This document shows, piece after piece, positions 1 through 12,685 of a stretch of 64,000 bases of DNA. The DNA lies in contig OX597815.1 of assembly GCA_951406725.2 (NCBI GenBank), forward strand, positions 88,660,001 to 88,724,000, given 5' to 3'. A program made the position numbers and the translations under genes. The notes below the pieces were generated by a model that had not been told where the DNA came from, did no database searches, and was given only the letters and a program-made list of their open reading frames with translations. Position 1 is the stretch's first letter. Each line of letters begins with the position of its first letter. This DNA is from Octopus vulgaris (lineage: Eukaryota).

Positions 1-124
1 ACATATATATAGGGAGAGAAAGAGAGGGAGAAGGGGAAACCATTTCAAAGAAGCTGTGTCTGGTCGCTTTGAATAAAGAACTGAAAGATAAGTGTGAGAA
101 CGAATATTCATTTAATCCATAGGT

Positions 125-345
125 ATGGGTATGTTTATATGTATGTGTGTGCGTGTATGTGTGTATGTCTACGTATGTATGTATGTATGTATGTATGTAT
201 GTATGTATGTATGTATGTATGTATGTGTGTGTGTGTATGTCTACGTACGTACGTACGTACGTATGTATGTATGTATGTATGTATGTATGTATGTATGTAT
301 GTATGTATGTATGTATGTATGTATGTATGTATGTATGTATGTCTA
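125..345. repeat. (TATG)n/(TG)n microsatellite
   Basis: Direct tandem repeat. It explains the overlapping MYVC-type ORFs. Confidence 0.95.
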
Positions 346-736
346 TGGACTGAAGAACGTTTGCATTTAAAACCGAAGCCTAATGTACTCAATATGCAAA
401 GTAGAGCTCGCATGTTTTATAACAAGTTCAAATCTATTGGATCGTTACACTGAGTTTCATGGTGCCGATTATTGATGTAACTGGGGAGTAAATATTGAGT
501 GAAAATATTGTAGCAAAAATATTTGTTAGTAGATCGAAATATGATTAATCAACGAAACTTGAATCGTTGCCAAAAACCTCTAATAAGGTCATTCCGCCGC
601 ACACTCTCTGTTATACACAGAACGCACAATACCTTGTGTTTCACTATTTACTTGGAAAAACACCGACAACTAAAATGTTTTCATCAATATGTGTTCATCT
701 TTCAAGGTATTTATAAGATTTACAGTGTTCCAGTCT

Positions 737-778
<42 letters not shown>
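737..778. repeat. (ACT)n microsatellite
   Basis: Pure trinucleotide tract. Confidence 0.95.
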
Positions 779-1019
779 AAACAATATATATACATGTGTG
801 TACGTATGTGTGTGTATGCGAGTGTATGTGCGCGCGTGCGAATGCACGCACATGCGCGTAATACTAAGTAGTTCAAAACATTTCGTATAGGCTGTTAGTA
901 AATATGGAATGAACAAATTATTTTTCTTTTATTTCCCTCTCTTCTAAATCTAGAATTCAACAAAAACCATGTCTATATTAATGAATTATATATATTTGGC
1001 TAACGATGCATAAGAATGT

Positions 1020-1205
1020 CTGTGTGCTCACTCGACCTGCAGGGAATAGCAGCCAGGTACTCCTAAACTCACATTCTTAAAAAAAGAATACATTGGCTTA
1101 ATATCTACGATTTTTGAAATGAAAATGGAGTGCACGTGGCTGGGATGTCTTTGAGTATAGATCTGTTTAATCCAAGCTGATATTGGGCCAAAGAACAAGT
1201 ACAAA
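1020..1205 (+). mobile_element. Degenerate interspersed repeat, probably the 3' half of an older SINE
   Basis: The motif CTCGACCTGCAGGGAATAGCAGC has diverged relatives at about 19320-19360 (minus), 37275-37320 and 43045-43070. Confidence 0.4.
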
Positions 1206-1906
1206 GTCACGTATTTTTACTGAAACCACACCAATTTTTGTTATAGAAACTGATAGCCGATCAAATCGACTGAAATATATTACTAGTAGTTTGACCTCAA
1301 TCATAAGCTGTAAATAATTATGATTCCTTTGGTTCGACACATGGCCAATTTCTACTAGTAAAGGTATTATCGCCAACGGAATTGATTGTAGCGCATAACT
1401 GGCACTAATTTTATCGATCACATCGGGATGCTAGATAAAATGGACATAGAAGAATTTAAAACCGCGAAGCCGAGGCACTGGTTATTGTAATAGATACCGT
1501 TGGACGGCATTAAATGCTACAATGCAGCACATCATATTAACAGCACCAGCAAAGGCAGCAATAACAAAACCATGTTTAACATAAATATAAAAGAAGACGA
1601 ATCAAAATAACTATAACAATGATTTCTAAGTTTGGTAAGCGGCCACGAATGTGTTCGAGAAGGATGAAAGTCAATTGAATCGATCTTAGTACTTGATTGG
1701 TACAGATTTTATCGATTCCCGAAAGATGAAAGGGGGTGTCAGAAGGTAATATAACCAAATAACACACGGCATTAAAAAAAAAAAAGAATAATAAAAAAGG
1801 AAAAATATAACCTTTTCTGCTACTCCATCGCTCTTTACTGCAACAATAAAAATATTCGTTTTGTAAAGGGAAAGTAGTCAGTAACTGAATACTGATATTT
1901 TTAATT

Positions 1907-1925
1907 GAGAGAGAGAGAGAGAGAC

Positions 1926-1956
<31 letters not shown>

Positions 1957-2020
1957 AAGAGAGAGAAGAGAGAGAGGCAGAGAGAGGGAGAGGGAGAGAG
2001 AAGGGAGAGAGGGAGGGAAA
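1907..2020. repeat. (GA)n purine tract
   Basis: Direct repeat. Confidence 0.9.
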
Positions 2021-2765
2021 GCGCTAAAGGTGTAGCCAAATAAATCAATAAGAACCATTTTTACTGACCACATGAAAGAAAAAAAATGCCGAATATGCCT
2101 GTATTTAAACTTAAATTAGTGTAACATAGTAAATTTATCATAAAGTAACAACGCAGCTTCTGCTTAGGTTGCGTTTACAAACACAAGACATTCCATTTTC
2201 ACAATGAATAGTCTCTACTGAAGCACGAGCTCTGAAATTTTATATGAGAAATAAGTTTGTGTGGAGTTCATAACTTTCTTACGTGTATTAAATGTATCAA
2301 GTACAATGTATTAGCTATTGCAATGGGTAATAAAAGAAAGACACGAATATATTTCCACTCTCCTTACTACAATTGGTTCAGCCACAAACTATAACAAGAT
2401 AATACAGAAAAATAAATACATAAGTATTGTAGGGGAGAGTGAAATAGGAAATAATGACGTATATGCTTTATTAAGAGTATTAACAGTATTGGCTTTAGAC
2501 AAGAATCGAAATCACATTTTGGTTACCTCATGCCCTTCGGCGTTGTCTCTGTTCAAAAATAATGTATAAAAATACGAACTTCTTTTTGAAAAGTATAAGA
2601 GGACAATAAATTAGAAGTGTCGCCGAAATCCATGACTTTGTCAAGAACATTTGAGACTCTAACGGAAGTGTAACTACAACCAGTGAGAATTGAAACCGTG
2701 ATGCAGTATCAAATAGTGATTTTGCCAGATCGCTGAATTAACAAAGACAGAAATGTTACTTTCTA

Positions 2766-2985
2766 AAATATGTACAAGGCCAGGAATTTTTTGAGAATGA
2801 ACAGTTAATTATATTGACTACATCTCGCCAATACTTGACTAATACTTTATGTTATCAAGCCCACTAGGATAAAAGGCGATGCTGATTTCAGTGGCATTTT
2901 AACTCTGAACGTAAAGAGACACAACTAAATACTGCGAGGCATTTAGTAGCACGCGTAACCGCCTCCTGCAAACCCACCGCCTTAA
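2766..2985 (-). mobile_element. Old copy of SINE family A (tRNA-like head plus Meta-like domain)
   Basis: Aligns by eye to the young copy at 4047-4255, for example AACTCTGAACGTAAAGAG and ACCGCCTT. Confidence 0.7.
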
Positions 2986-4046
2986 ATAAAATATGAATAT
3001 CAACGCTAATTAGCTTCAGACGAGGAAGTTAAAGAGAACAAGTCCTTTATGAAAAAATATATATATATTCCCGATAAATACCATTAACAGATCAAATTAG
3101 CTTGATTATTAGGTTATGATTAGAAGATGGTAGGAACAGATTTTAGTGTACACGCGTTCATTCGGAACTAATATTTCTTTCATTAGGGATGAAATATTGA
3201 TAATAATTATATACACAGAGAGAAACACACCCATGTACTCGCGTGTATGTGTGTGCTTGTGATCATATCTGTTTACGTATCTGACTGTTTATGTGTATTT
3301 GTATTTGTAGTCATATATTGTTTATATTGACCGATATAAGAGATAGAATTTTTCAGCATCATTTCGTTTGTAGAATACACCCAAGTCACTTTCATGGTCA
3401 TTTATATGATTAATTATTCGATTATTTATGTTTTTTACTTATTCATGATTTCATAGTTCCCATATTCATTAACATCCACTGAAGATGTGTTACATTTTAT
3501 GTGTCATATTTTGTAATATTTTATATCTAAAACTAAATCCACTTAGTATATCACTTTCAAGATAAATATGTTCTTTCGCATCATATCCATGAGCGCCCTT
3601 CTCTCTTTCTCCTCTCTCACTTTCTCTCTCTCTTATATATGTATGCATATATATCTGTGTGTATGTATATCTCCAGCCACATATGGATAACGGACATATA
3701 GCACACCTAAGTAACGAACAGGTGCGCATACAACCACATATCTTTGTACGTAAGTATACACGTACTCATTAGGTACTGTGAAAGATTTTGGAAAACTATT
3801 TTACGAAAAATTAAAGTTACAGAAGCATAACAACTTCAGAAAGGTAAATAGTAGCGCTCATCCCTTTGGTGGTCAGGGTAATCCTGAACATGTGGGGTTC
3901 ATTGTTTGATCCTAGTTGAAGTTTGTCCTGTATCACGAGGTCTGCATCATTCATGTTATCTCATACATAATACATATGAGAAGGAAAGAGGAAAGATGAT
4001 GAAATGAAATAAAGTGTACATAGTGTACAAAGCAACCTCTCCGTAA

Positions 4047-4255
4047 TCATTTCTACTCTAGGTACAAGGCCTGAAATTTTGGGGGAGGGGGCCAGTCGAT
4101 TAGATCGACCCCAGTACTCAACTGGTACTTAATTTATCGACTCCGAAAGGATGAAAGGCAAAGTCGACCTCGGCGGAATTTGAACTCAGAACGTAACGAC
4201 AGACGAAATACCGCTAAGCATTTCGCCCAGCGTGCTAACGTTTTTGCCACCTCTA
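4047..4255 (-). mobile_element. SINE family A, young copy
   Basis: The minus strand has a B-box-like GAGTTCAAATTCC and then GCCTTTCATCCTTTCGGAGTCGATAAATTAAGTACCAG, which resembles the MetaSINE central domain. There are many copies in this window. Confidence 0.85.
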
Positions 4256-4317
4256 CATATTAATTATTGTCTACCCTTGTGATGTGCCCCTCATTTATGT
4301 CCTCATGGCTAATAAAA

Positions 4318-4319
4318 GA

Positions 4320-4378
<59 letters not shown>

Positions 4379-4388
4379 TATTATTATT
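4318..4388. repeat. (ATT)n microsatellite between SINE copies
   Basis: Pure trinucleotide tract. Confidence 0.95.
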
Positions 4389-4826
4389 AAGGTGGCAAGC
4401 TGGAAGAATCGTTGGTACGCCGGGCAAAATACTTAGCAGCATTTCGTTCGTCTTTACGTTCTGAGTTCAAGTTAAAATTCTACCGAGGTCAATTTCGCCT
4501 TTCATCCTTTCGGGGTCGATAAAATAAGTACCGGTTGAGCACTAGGGTTAATGTAATCGACGTCTACACTCCTCAAACTTGCTGGTCTTGTGCCAAAATA
4601 AGAATTATTATTAACGTGTGTGGGCTGGCAGAACCGTTATTGCTTCGGACAAAATGCTTAGCGGTTATTCGTCCCTCGATAGACTCTGAGTTCAAATTTC
4701 ACCGAAATCGACATTTCATTTCTTCCTTTCATGGTAGATAAAATAAGTACCAGTGAAGAACTGGGGTCAATGTAACTGACTAGCCCCTCTCCCAAAATTT
4801 CGGCTCCCTTGTACTTATAGTAGAAT
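4389..4826 (+). mobile_element. Two head-to-tail copies of SINE family A (4389-4605 and 4615-4826)
   Basis: Each copy has a GCTGG(C/A)AGAA head, GAGTTCAA and a CCTTTCAT...GATAAAATAAGTACC core. They are separated by a short ATT run. Confidence 0.85.
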
Positions 4827-4899
4827 GAGTTGTTATTAGGCTTTAGTTTTCCTTTATTTTGATGCTGTGTGATACTGTTACTAGATACGAACAGCAAAG

Positions 4900-5950
4900 A
4901 CTGTCCAGAATTTCAAACAGTCAGCCATACACAGACCACAAATTTGTGACTGCACTATAGACCTGGAAAGGCTTCATATGCTGGACTCCAGATACCAGAA
5001 GCTGAACGTGTCTTTCTCGGCGCGACAAGCGCTCAGAGACCGAATTAGTAAGTACATCGGGAGTTGATATGCAATTTCCAGCAACCGATGATGAATAGCC
5101 CTGTAAAAGCGCTATTAGAGTAGAGGCGTTAAGACAATAAATAACTAGCGATAAGAAAGTCTAGAGTAAAGGAAGATCTAGATTGGAAGCTAGATGAGAC
5201 TGTTGGAAAGGCTATAATGGCCACCATGCCGACAACGAGATTGGTAGTAAACTAATTCTTCAAAGCCAAGAATGAAGGTTGCCTTATATGAACTAGGGTG
5301 CATTCTCTAATACGCGAAGTAACGAAGAAACGGAGGCTGTTGGACGGGCCTGAACCATTACCGTGGTGCTGGACAAAATGCTTGGCGGCATTTCGTCTGT
5401 GTTGACTTATCACTCAAGTCAGAATTTCAGCGGCACTTTGCTGAACTGTGAAATTTGTACGCAAAGACGGGGGTGGATTTGACCTCTTACATTGACAGCT
5501 TGCCGCAGTTTTCGACCAGGAATATGGAGTTCTGCAAGATGCCGATAACAGCGACGTACATGACGCGTTGATGAACTGCATATAGGAAACGTCTAGGGCT
5601 TGTCTGACCTTCAAGCTTTATTTTCTTATTCCAGACTTATTTGGTGATCTAAAAGCCTGAACTGGCAGCAGAACGGGAGAATTTCCAGTCCTGTGGACCG
5701 AGGTGAGATGGTGCCGTTGAGAAAAGATCCGAACAAGGAGGCGCTGAGAAGCATCCATAACAAGAGTCAGTGGCAGTAGCACTAAGCTCGTCCGGAGAGA
5801 AAACATGAAGACCACAACGTTGTGTCACTAAAGCTCTTCGAGAAAACAACCTATGGCTTGGTGACTAGTAAAAGTTAAAGATTCACACACACCTAAGGAT
5901 ATGGTGACATTAGTTTTATCACTGGCGCCGGGCATAATGAGACAGTGGAG
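4900..5950 (+). pseudogene. Possible highly decayed non-LTR retrotransposon fragment (R2/NeSL-like)
   Basis: GC-richer segment with many stop codons. It shows only weak motif echoes (an AKNEG-like stretch near 5265 and HNVV near 5815). Confidence 0.25.
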
Positions 5951-6525
5951 ATAGGATTCCTATCAGATACTCACACATCTACATATTGTAGAAGTAAAAA
6001 ACACAATATTAGACATAAAAACCACTACCAGGAAAATTGGTACGGAACTGGTGTCGAAATCTATATCTAGTTACAAACTGAAAACCTAGACGAGAAATCG
6101 GACAAAATAGACACAATGAATGCATGTAATTGTGGAATATAGCGACACAGGTGACAAACATATGGTATAACCAATCTTCTGGTGTGCTAAATGTCCCTTG
6201 AAGGTAGTTGCTGCAGCAGTAAAGGTAGGAATAGCAGCAACAGTTTGTTTTGAAATCTTTGCTAACCAAGTGAAAATAGCATAACATAAACAATAGCAGT
6301 AACATTAGCTGCAACCACAACAGCAATAAAAGGAGCTTTCTGAACAATAACAGCAACAGAAGCAAATACTAGTATCACAGCTCAGAAGGATGATAGTACC
6401 ATCACATCCACCGCCACAACAAGAACAATAACAACAACAACAACAACCCTAAGGAAAGAAACCTCAACGACTTTTTCAGGTGAAGAGGAAAATAGAAGCC
6501 AAGACTGAAGACACACAAATGTGTT

Positions 6526-6619
6526 AGAAAACCCATCGACTCATCCCCTCCCACCAAAAATAACTACCCTTGTGGCAAAATTTGAAACCATTATTATTAT
6601 TATTATTATTATTATCATT

Positions 6620-6653
<34 letters not shown>

Positions 6654-6857
6654 AGGCGGCGAGGTGGCAGAATCTTTAGGACACCGGGCAGAATGCTTAG
6701 AGGCACTTCATCTGTCTTTTACGTTCTGAGTTCATATTCCGCTGAGGTCGACTTTACCTTTCATTATTTCGGGGACGGTAAAATATGTACCAGTTGAACA
6801 CTGGGATCGATGTAATCGACTTACCCACTCCCTAGAACTTGCTGTTCTTATGCCATT
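6526..6857 (+). mobile_element. SINE family A tail, an (ATT)/(ATC)n tract, then a full SINE A copy (6653-6857)
   Basis: AAGGCGGCGAGGTGGCAGAAT head, GAGTTCATATTCC and the Meta-like core. Confidence 0.8.
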
Positions 6858-7921
6858 AGTTTTTGGTCAATTACGACAACAAAATTTGCCTGTAAATTCG
6901 AGTGCCATTCCTCATCTATCTTCCCATGGAATTTAAAATTCTGCTACGGTCTACTTAATCTTGCATTGTATTCTTTTTGCAGAGGAGAGGAGTGGTGGTG
7001 GTGGGCACAGTAAAAATACTTGCAATATAGTAGAATCGATTTAATCGACTATACCACTTTCACTATAAATTTCAGTTTTGCATCCAAAGAAGAATCCATT
7101 AATTACGATAGTCACTCTGTTACTATTGAAATGGTTATTGACACTTCCATTTGTAAATGACAAACCATTAGATATCCAACACAAATAACAGAAAACATCA
7201 CCTACAAAATAAATAGTAACAAACAAAGAAAGTTCAAAACAACAGCTATAAACCCCCGCAAATAAAAGACAATACTAAGATCTCACAAATTCGTAGTCTG
7301 ATATAATCAATATTATTTTTATATTTTATATTTCTTAGATTTTTTTTTTACTTCTGTTCATGTATTTTTTTCCTATATAATTTTATTGAATTGTTTTCGT
7401 TGGAATAAAATTAAAAGCTAGTAATTGTAAATTCTAGTATTGAACAAAGATCAACAAAATAGTTACCGTGCATTTCTGAATGACATGTCATATTTTAAAC
7501 ATTTGATTCCAAAGTGAAAGTTTAATAACTTTCACAATAAAAATTGAAAACGTTGCAAAAGAATTTAATTTTTGTGTATTTTAAGCAAATATGTGATTAA
7601 TTTTTTAAAAAATATTTAAAAAAATTATATGTATTTACACAAATCTTGCAACATAGAATTGAGTATACTTAAATGATGACAAATACAGATAAAAAGCGAG
7701 TACTGTCCTTGAAAGTTTAGAAGAAATAGCAACGAACAATACAGGAAACGTGACTGAATTTTCAATGAGAACAAAACTAAGGATACTTCCTTCTTCTCAC
7801 ATGATTGCTTCACAGTTCATTCATTCTGTTTCGGCAATTTAAAGATTTCTATTAAAATGTTGAAGAGCAAGTCAAAACAACTGTTTTAGAATACATACAT
7901 ACACTCATACATACACAGGCA

Positions 7922-8030
<109 letters not shown>

Positions 8031-8479
8031 CATGAACAAAGAGATGACGCCGCAAAAAACCAAGTTTATGTAATGAACTGCATTACCTTACAACCGTTTC
8101 CGCTATAGGATGTAGAGAGATCATTCCACAGGCATCAAATTTCACTTTCTCACTTCTAACGCCTGACAATATTTTTTCCCCAAACGAAGTGCGCTTCATA
8201 TTCAAGGTTCAGATGAAGCTATATAATGTTACCCAGGGACTCAACTATGAGTCCACTACATCTTATAGTAGAAATATCTGTAAGCTAATGAAGTCCATTA
8301 GATATCCTTTCTTTTTTCGGTGCCATCTCTTTGTTCCCATTACAACACTACTCTAATCTAACATTGTGTTCTGGACCATATGAATATTGAGTTCTACACC
8401 AGGTTATTAGTCTCGCTGTGCCTAAGCGGAATTTATGTTTATCTATCTAACTATCTATCTATGTATGTAAATAATAAAT

Positions 8480-8617
8480 TTATACATATACATATAATTA
8501 TATATATATAATGAATTTATATATATATATATGATGAATTATATATATATATATATATATATTTATGTATATATATTTATATATCATAGCTTTTTATATA
8601 TATATATATATATAAAA

Positions 8618-8661
<44 letters not shown>

Positions 8662-8689
8662 ATGGAACAAAAACGCAATATATTTATTT

Positions 8690-8751
<62 letters not shown>

Positions 8752-8781
8752 AATATATCAAATTTATATATATATATATAT
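8480..8781. repeat. Interrupted (TA)n tract
   Basis: Direct repeat. Confidence 0.9.
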
Positions 8782-9200
8782 CAATGGAACAAAAACGCAA
8801 TAGAGTGCATAAAAACATTTGGACTGATAGACAATAGAAAGGCGGACAAAAGAAACAACAATTAGAAGGACAGGCAAAACAAGACGAGTCCCAGAAGTCA
8901 TGACCTTTTCGGGCAGTTACACTTGAGATCGTTCGATCTGGTTGCCTCCAAAATAGTCTAAGCTAAGAGCCTTAGACTCCTTTGTAAGAAAGCTAGCGAA
9001 AGTGTACGGCAACAAAGACAAAAAAAATCAAATAAACAAAAAGAAAAAACGGAGAACATGGTACACAATTACGAATACAAACAACAAAAAATAACAACAG
9101 AGTCTTTCGACTGAGAACGAATCAAATTGAACTGGCGTGTATGAATTGAAAGCCTAAAGGCAGGAACATGGGAGATGGACATAAAAGGTGTTGAAATATT
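8780..9200. mobile_element. Unclassified interspersed element abutting (TA)n, possibly derived from a PLE terminus
   Basis: Sharp boundary at (TA)n and strongly strand-biased A-rich composition, like the PLE termini at 51566 and 56018. Its first ~23 nt are duplicated at 8658-8680. Confidence 0.35.
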
Positions 9201-9533
9201 ATACTGAAGAGAGAAGTAGAATTCAAATTAATTTAATCTCGAAACGCGTATATAATTAATCTTGGGCGTGTTGATTCATTGTTTTTCTCTTTGCCTTCGT
9301 AAAAGAGTATGTTTACCGTCATGGAGATTCTTATAGTAGCAGAAAAGGAATTTTTAACTCCTATTTCTAATTTCGGCATGTGGTGAAGCAGTTAGCTGAA
9401 CCCTAATTACAATTATGTGGATAATTTTACCTATAAAGGTTATTTTTAGTTACCGATCTACTTGGTAAAATTGTTAATTAATTGATTAATTAATTAATTA
9501 ATTTAATTAATAAATTTTACCTTTCTATTATTA

Positions 9534-9577
<44 letters not shown>

Positions 9578-10646
9578 AATATTATATATATGAGAGATAC
9601 TGGTATTCAGAAGTCCCAAGGTGACAGGCAACGCTATGTTAGTGCTATGGAAGTGCTTGGATGCTTATGCTGTATTTAGACTGCCAAATGGAACCTAAAT
9701 TCTTTCTTTCATTATTTTTTCTTTACAATGAACTATGTAGGGTACTTTTCCTTTACTTTGATTCATGACCTTCCCCGACAAGCGGAGCTCTTTATAACTA
9801 ATCATAGATCTTTCTTTTATATATTTTTCTCTTCTGCTCTCTCTACCTTACTTCTGTACTTTTTTGCTCTAGAGCTTTCTTGCTATCACTATTTGTACAT
9901 ACCACCCCTAACCCTTACTTTTCTCCATCTTTTATTGAGATTTCCAAATTCTTAAATACCGGTTTACTCCTTGATGATTCGCATTCTGTCAGCCCTTATT
10001 TGCACAGAAAAAATTCGGAGCTTCAAGGCTAATGGTTTGCATTTATAGAGTTATCAGATTTATATGTTCATTATTTTCTTCTCATTTAATGCGTATCACT
10101 ATCAGTATGCACGCCTGTTCGCGTAATAATATTACTGCATCAAACAGTCGTTGAATCTGAAACGGTTGTAAAGAAATATCTAGAAGTATTGTTGCTTTGG
10201 CTGTTATATTTTGGTTGTGTTTATATAACATCCTATGTAAATGGCATAAAAGCTGCTATGCTATATATATGTGTTTGTTTAATTATGTCATGTGAATCAT
10301 ATTAATTTATTATCAAACATACACGCACACTTAATATACATAAAAATTAGAATAACAAAACACTTCTGGGAATCGGACTCATTCCACTCGGATGTTGATT
10401 ATATCAGACTATGAATTTGTTGGATCTTAGTATTGCCTTTTATTTTGGGGTTTTTTATAACTGTTGTTGTTGATCTTTCTTTCTTTACTATTTCGGAGTG
10501 TGCAGTGAGGAAATAGATGTCAATTCCCTAAGTTGACAACTGTTTCATAATCCGTGTTAGTTACATAAGCGACGCTACATAATCGATCATACATTTATAA
10601 AGGAATGACTAAGTATATGCTACAGTACAATTATATTTATGGTTGC

Positions 10647-10699
<53 letters not shown>

Positions 10700-10778
10700 C
10701 GTCTGTGTATCTGTTAAAATGAGATGTCAGTCTTATTTTCATATCTGCGTAATTTAGACGACAGTTTATTCACTGCAA

Positions 10779-10857
<79 letters not shown>

Positions 10858-10861
<4 letters not shown>

Positions 10862-11011
10862 GAGAGGTTACTTTCATTTTTCGTCTACCAAATCCGCTCA
10901 CAAGGTCGTATTGAAGATATAGAAGACATTTCCCCAGGGTGTGATGCAGTAGTTCTGGATTAGGAATCATGTGGTTGGGAAACAACTCTAACCACACAGT
11001 ACACCTGCGCC
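10858..11011 (-). mobile_element. SINE family B (CORE-like, internal microsatellite), 5' part
   Basis: Diverged match to the GGCGCAGGAGTGGCTGTGTGGTAAG head and the GATTTGGTAGACGGAAAC body. Confidence 0.75.
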
Positions 11012-11019
11012 TATATATA

Positions 11020-12065
11020 CACTATGTGACCAAAAGTATCCACACAGCTCGCAAAACATGCGTTCATGTTGAGGGTAATACCGTAGATCACAGAGGGCGC
11101 CTCAGTACTACAATTTACCACATGGAACACATGGTCAGCAATCTCAGTAGCCAGCAGACAACACTAGCCAGCAGAATGGGACGCCGCTCTGCGGAACTAA
11201 CGGATTTTTAACGTGGTCAGGTGGTTGGGTGCCACTTGTCTAACAAGCTTGTGCATAAGATTTCCACCCTCCTGAACATCCCTAGGTTCACTGTTTTCGT
11301 GGAGTGTTGAAGTGGGTCGTACAACATAATCGTCTATCACCCCTCACCACCTTCACACAGGAATTCCAAACTTCAGGAAGATCTACTGCAATCTCCATGA
11401 CTGTTCGGCGCGAGGTGCAGATAATTGGTTTCCATGGAAGAGCATCTACCCATAAGCCATACATCACACAGACAAATGCCTCACCCTGCCTCGCGTGGTG
11501 TAAAGAACGTCGAAACTGGACTATAGAACAGTGGAAAACTATTCTGTGGAGTAATGAATCTCGGTACACAATGTGGCGATGAGATAGTAGGGTATGGGTG
11601 TAGCGAATGCCTGATGAACGATATGCACCAGTCTGTATAGAGCTGACCGTGAAATTTGGCGGTGGCGGGGTCATAGAGTGGTCATGTTTCTCCTGGAGGG
11701 GCTTGGCCCCCTCATTGTTGTATGTGGTGCTGCCACGGCACAAGCTTACACTGACATTTTAACCACTTCTATGTTGCCTAGCATCGAAATTCAGTTCTTG
11801 GATGACCATTATGTCTTTCACCATGACCGAGCACCCGTCCATACTGCAGGGGGTGTAGAGGAGTGGTTTGACGACAACGTCCCACTAACGGATTGGCCTG
11901 CGCAGAGTCCTGATATAAACCCCATCACTGGAATGTTTTCAAATGCCGACTTCGTGCTAGACCACATAGACTCACATCGATATCCTTGCTCAATTCGGTG
12001 TTCCGCAAAGAATGTGCTGCAATTACTCAGGAAACATTCCGCTACCTGGTTGAAAATATGCCTCC
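11020..12065 (+). mobile_element. Tc1-family DNA transposon, decayed, right TIR lost
   Basis: TA|CACTATGTGACCAAAAGTATCC left TIR. The transposase starts at ATG 11176 (MGRRSAELTDF*RGQVVGCHL) and retains WTIEQWKTILWSNESRY, FHHDRAPVH and DWPAQSPDINPI, with stops and frameshifts. Confidence 0.92.
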
Positions 12066-12289
12066 CTTATTTTCTTTGTTGGCATGGATTATACGGGATG
12101 TTACGTTGATTTTGGTTACTTCCCTAATGGTCGATAGAATGCACTCACTCACTCACGCACATAACCGGTTCTAATGTTATCGACCCCACAGGGATAGATA
12201 AAGCATCGGTCATGTAATGAAATAAATTCAATCTCCCACATCAGACGATTACAGATTTTTATTATCGGGCCAGCATAAGAAATTATTTA

Positions 12290-12685
12290 ATATATTTTCT
12301 TTTACTTTTTACGAATTTCAGTCATTTAGACTGAGGCTATTCTGGGGCACCGCCTTGAAGAATTTTTGTCGAACGAGCTGACCCCAGTACTCTATTGTTA
12401 AAATGTGGTAATTATTCTATCGGTGATTTTTTGCCGAACCGCCGAGTTATATGTGGGTGTGGGTGTAAACACAGACACAAAGACAAACATTCATAGATAT
12501 ATATACATATGCGTACATATACATATACGACGGGCTTCTTTCATTTTTCGTCTACTAAATCCACTTACAAGGCCTTGGTCGGCTCGAGGCAATAGTAGAA
12601 AATACTTGTCCAAATTGCTACGCAGTGGGACAGGACCCGGGACCATTTGGTTAGGAGGTAAACTTGTAATCACACAGCCACGCCT
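12290..12685 (-). mobile_element. SINE family B, diverged full copy
   Basis: Tail TTTCAGTCATTTAGACTG...GCACCGCCTT and head CACACAGCCACGCC, matching the young copies. Confidence 0.8.

Noticed and set aside
6340-6510. Thr-rich, mucin-like reading frame (TITATEANTS...TTTTTT)
   Set aside because: It is bounded by stops, has no convincing splice acceptor, and is explained by decayed (ACA) repeats.
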